DNA of 64,000 bases, from the NCBI RefSeq assembly GCF_006345805.1, contig NW_021836165.1, forward strand, positions 2,357 through 66,356, in the 5' to 3' direction. Numbering within the stretch: the first letter of the stretch is position 1; each line of letters starts with the position of its first letter. Source of the DNA: Octopus sinensis. Its lineage: Eukaryota. The position numbers and the translations under genes were made by a program. The notes under the pieces were generated by a model that saw nothing but the letters and a program-made list of their open reading frames with translations, did no database searches and was not told the DNA's origin. Positions 63,001 through 64,000 of this stretch are shown one piece after another.

Positions 63001-63970
63001 CTCGCTGATTAGCTGACCAGCATAAAAACACCATGAACTTACCATCAGTAGTGAAAAATAAAAGCGGCTATATTGTATTGCCTTCCAACTCGTTGATTAG
63101 CTGATTTTCAGGGCCTTTACATTATCTCATAAAGCAGATCGAAAATTGGCAATTTTTAGCCTAGTACTCGTCTCAGCTCACACTCTATCAGTTCGGTATG
63201 GACATTTTACAAGCAACATAGCAGCAAATTTGATAACAGCTTTAATTTTGATTCACCCTCACCCCTGTCGATGTGGTGGTACGGTGGACGTGAAAGGCCT
63301 TCACCCCCTCTCCTGCCGCCGACCGCAGGCCGCTTGCCTCGCCATTGAGCAATCAACGACGTAATCTCAAGAGCACTCAATGCTGCTGGCTTCCCCAATG
63401 TACTAAACCCTCCGGACTGGACAGAGGGGACGGCAAACGCCCGGATGGGATGACTACCTTTTTATTCCGGAATGGCAATTGCCTCATCTGGGATTCCACG
63501 TTTGCAGATACGTGGTCCCCATCTGCTTTTTATTATCATCTCTTTTTCCCGGTTTGACCACTGCCTCCGCGGAAGCCAGCAAAGTTGAAAAGTACAAGAA
63601 TCTTGCCACTCGGCATTCCGTGCCTGGGGCTTTTGAGACATCAGGCGCTTCCGGTCCGCTCACCTAAGCTTCATCGAAGCTGGGTATCCTATGCTCTAAC
63701 TCCTGCCCCCCGTGCTCTCAGATCGAGCACTCTTTTTCCTAATAGCAAAAAAAACACTATGAACTTACGTCAGTAGTGCAAAATGGGGAAACGACTATTT
63801 TGTATTTTTTTTAGCTCGCTGATTCATTAGCTGATTTTCCGGGTTTTACATCATCTCATAAAGCAGATCGAACATCGAAAGCCGAGACTACCACTGGCCA
63901 CCTCTAGCCTTCGTAATAGTCTCAGCTCAACTCTCTCAGTCAGTATGGGACATTCTACAAGCGGACATGG
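63000..63970. repeat. two diverged ~230-bp direct repeats (63000-63230, 63740-63970) flanking a CRE fragment
   Basis: Shared ATGAACTTAC..CAGTAGTG, TTAGCTGATTTTC, ATCTCATAAAGCAGATCGAA and GTCTCAGCTCA. Confidence 0.8.
63250..63670 (+). mobile_element. CRE-like zinc knuckle/RLE fragment
   Basis: HPCRCGGTVDVKGLHPLSCRR, GLDRGDGKRPDGMTTF..WDSTFADTWS, AEASKVEKYKNL..AFETSG. Confidence 0.85.
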
Positions 63971-64000
63971 TATTAAAACGGAAAAGTTATACTGATGCGT

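Overview
AT-rich eukaryotic (metazoan-like) genomic DNA whose host genes are split by many ultra-short (~23-30 nt) GT-AG introns with degenerate donors. This architecture suggests a dicyemid-type reduced parasite genome (inference). Recognisable host genes: TBC1D24-like (TBC+TLDc, +), CCDC162-like (+), beta-adaptin AP1B1/AP2B1 (-), INTS1 (+, head-to-head with beta-adaptin) and an orphan single-pass membrane protein. All carry many 1-nt indels, probably long-read assembly errors. The first ~35 kb is mostly chopped transposon remnants: hAT, pogo/Tigger, Ginger-like integrases, CRE, RTE, R4/Dong and Jockey/I LINEs, and LTR+PBS pieces. The standout is an apparently full-length Helitron (21869-28175). 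It has exact TC...CTAG ends, a pre-insertion (empty) site elsewhere in the window, an ~85-bp higher-order hairpin array, a 29-nt micro-intron, six 23-aa STPR-like repeats hidden in a frame the ORF track missed, a recoded duplicate of the helicase C-terminus reachable by in-frame splicing, and two tandem 3' terminators. Family calls come from motifs recognised by eye; no database searches were run, and remnant boundaries are approximate.
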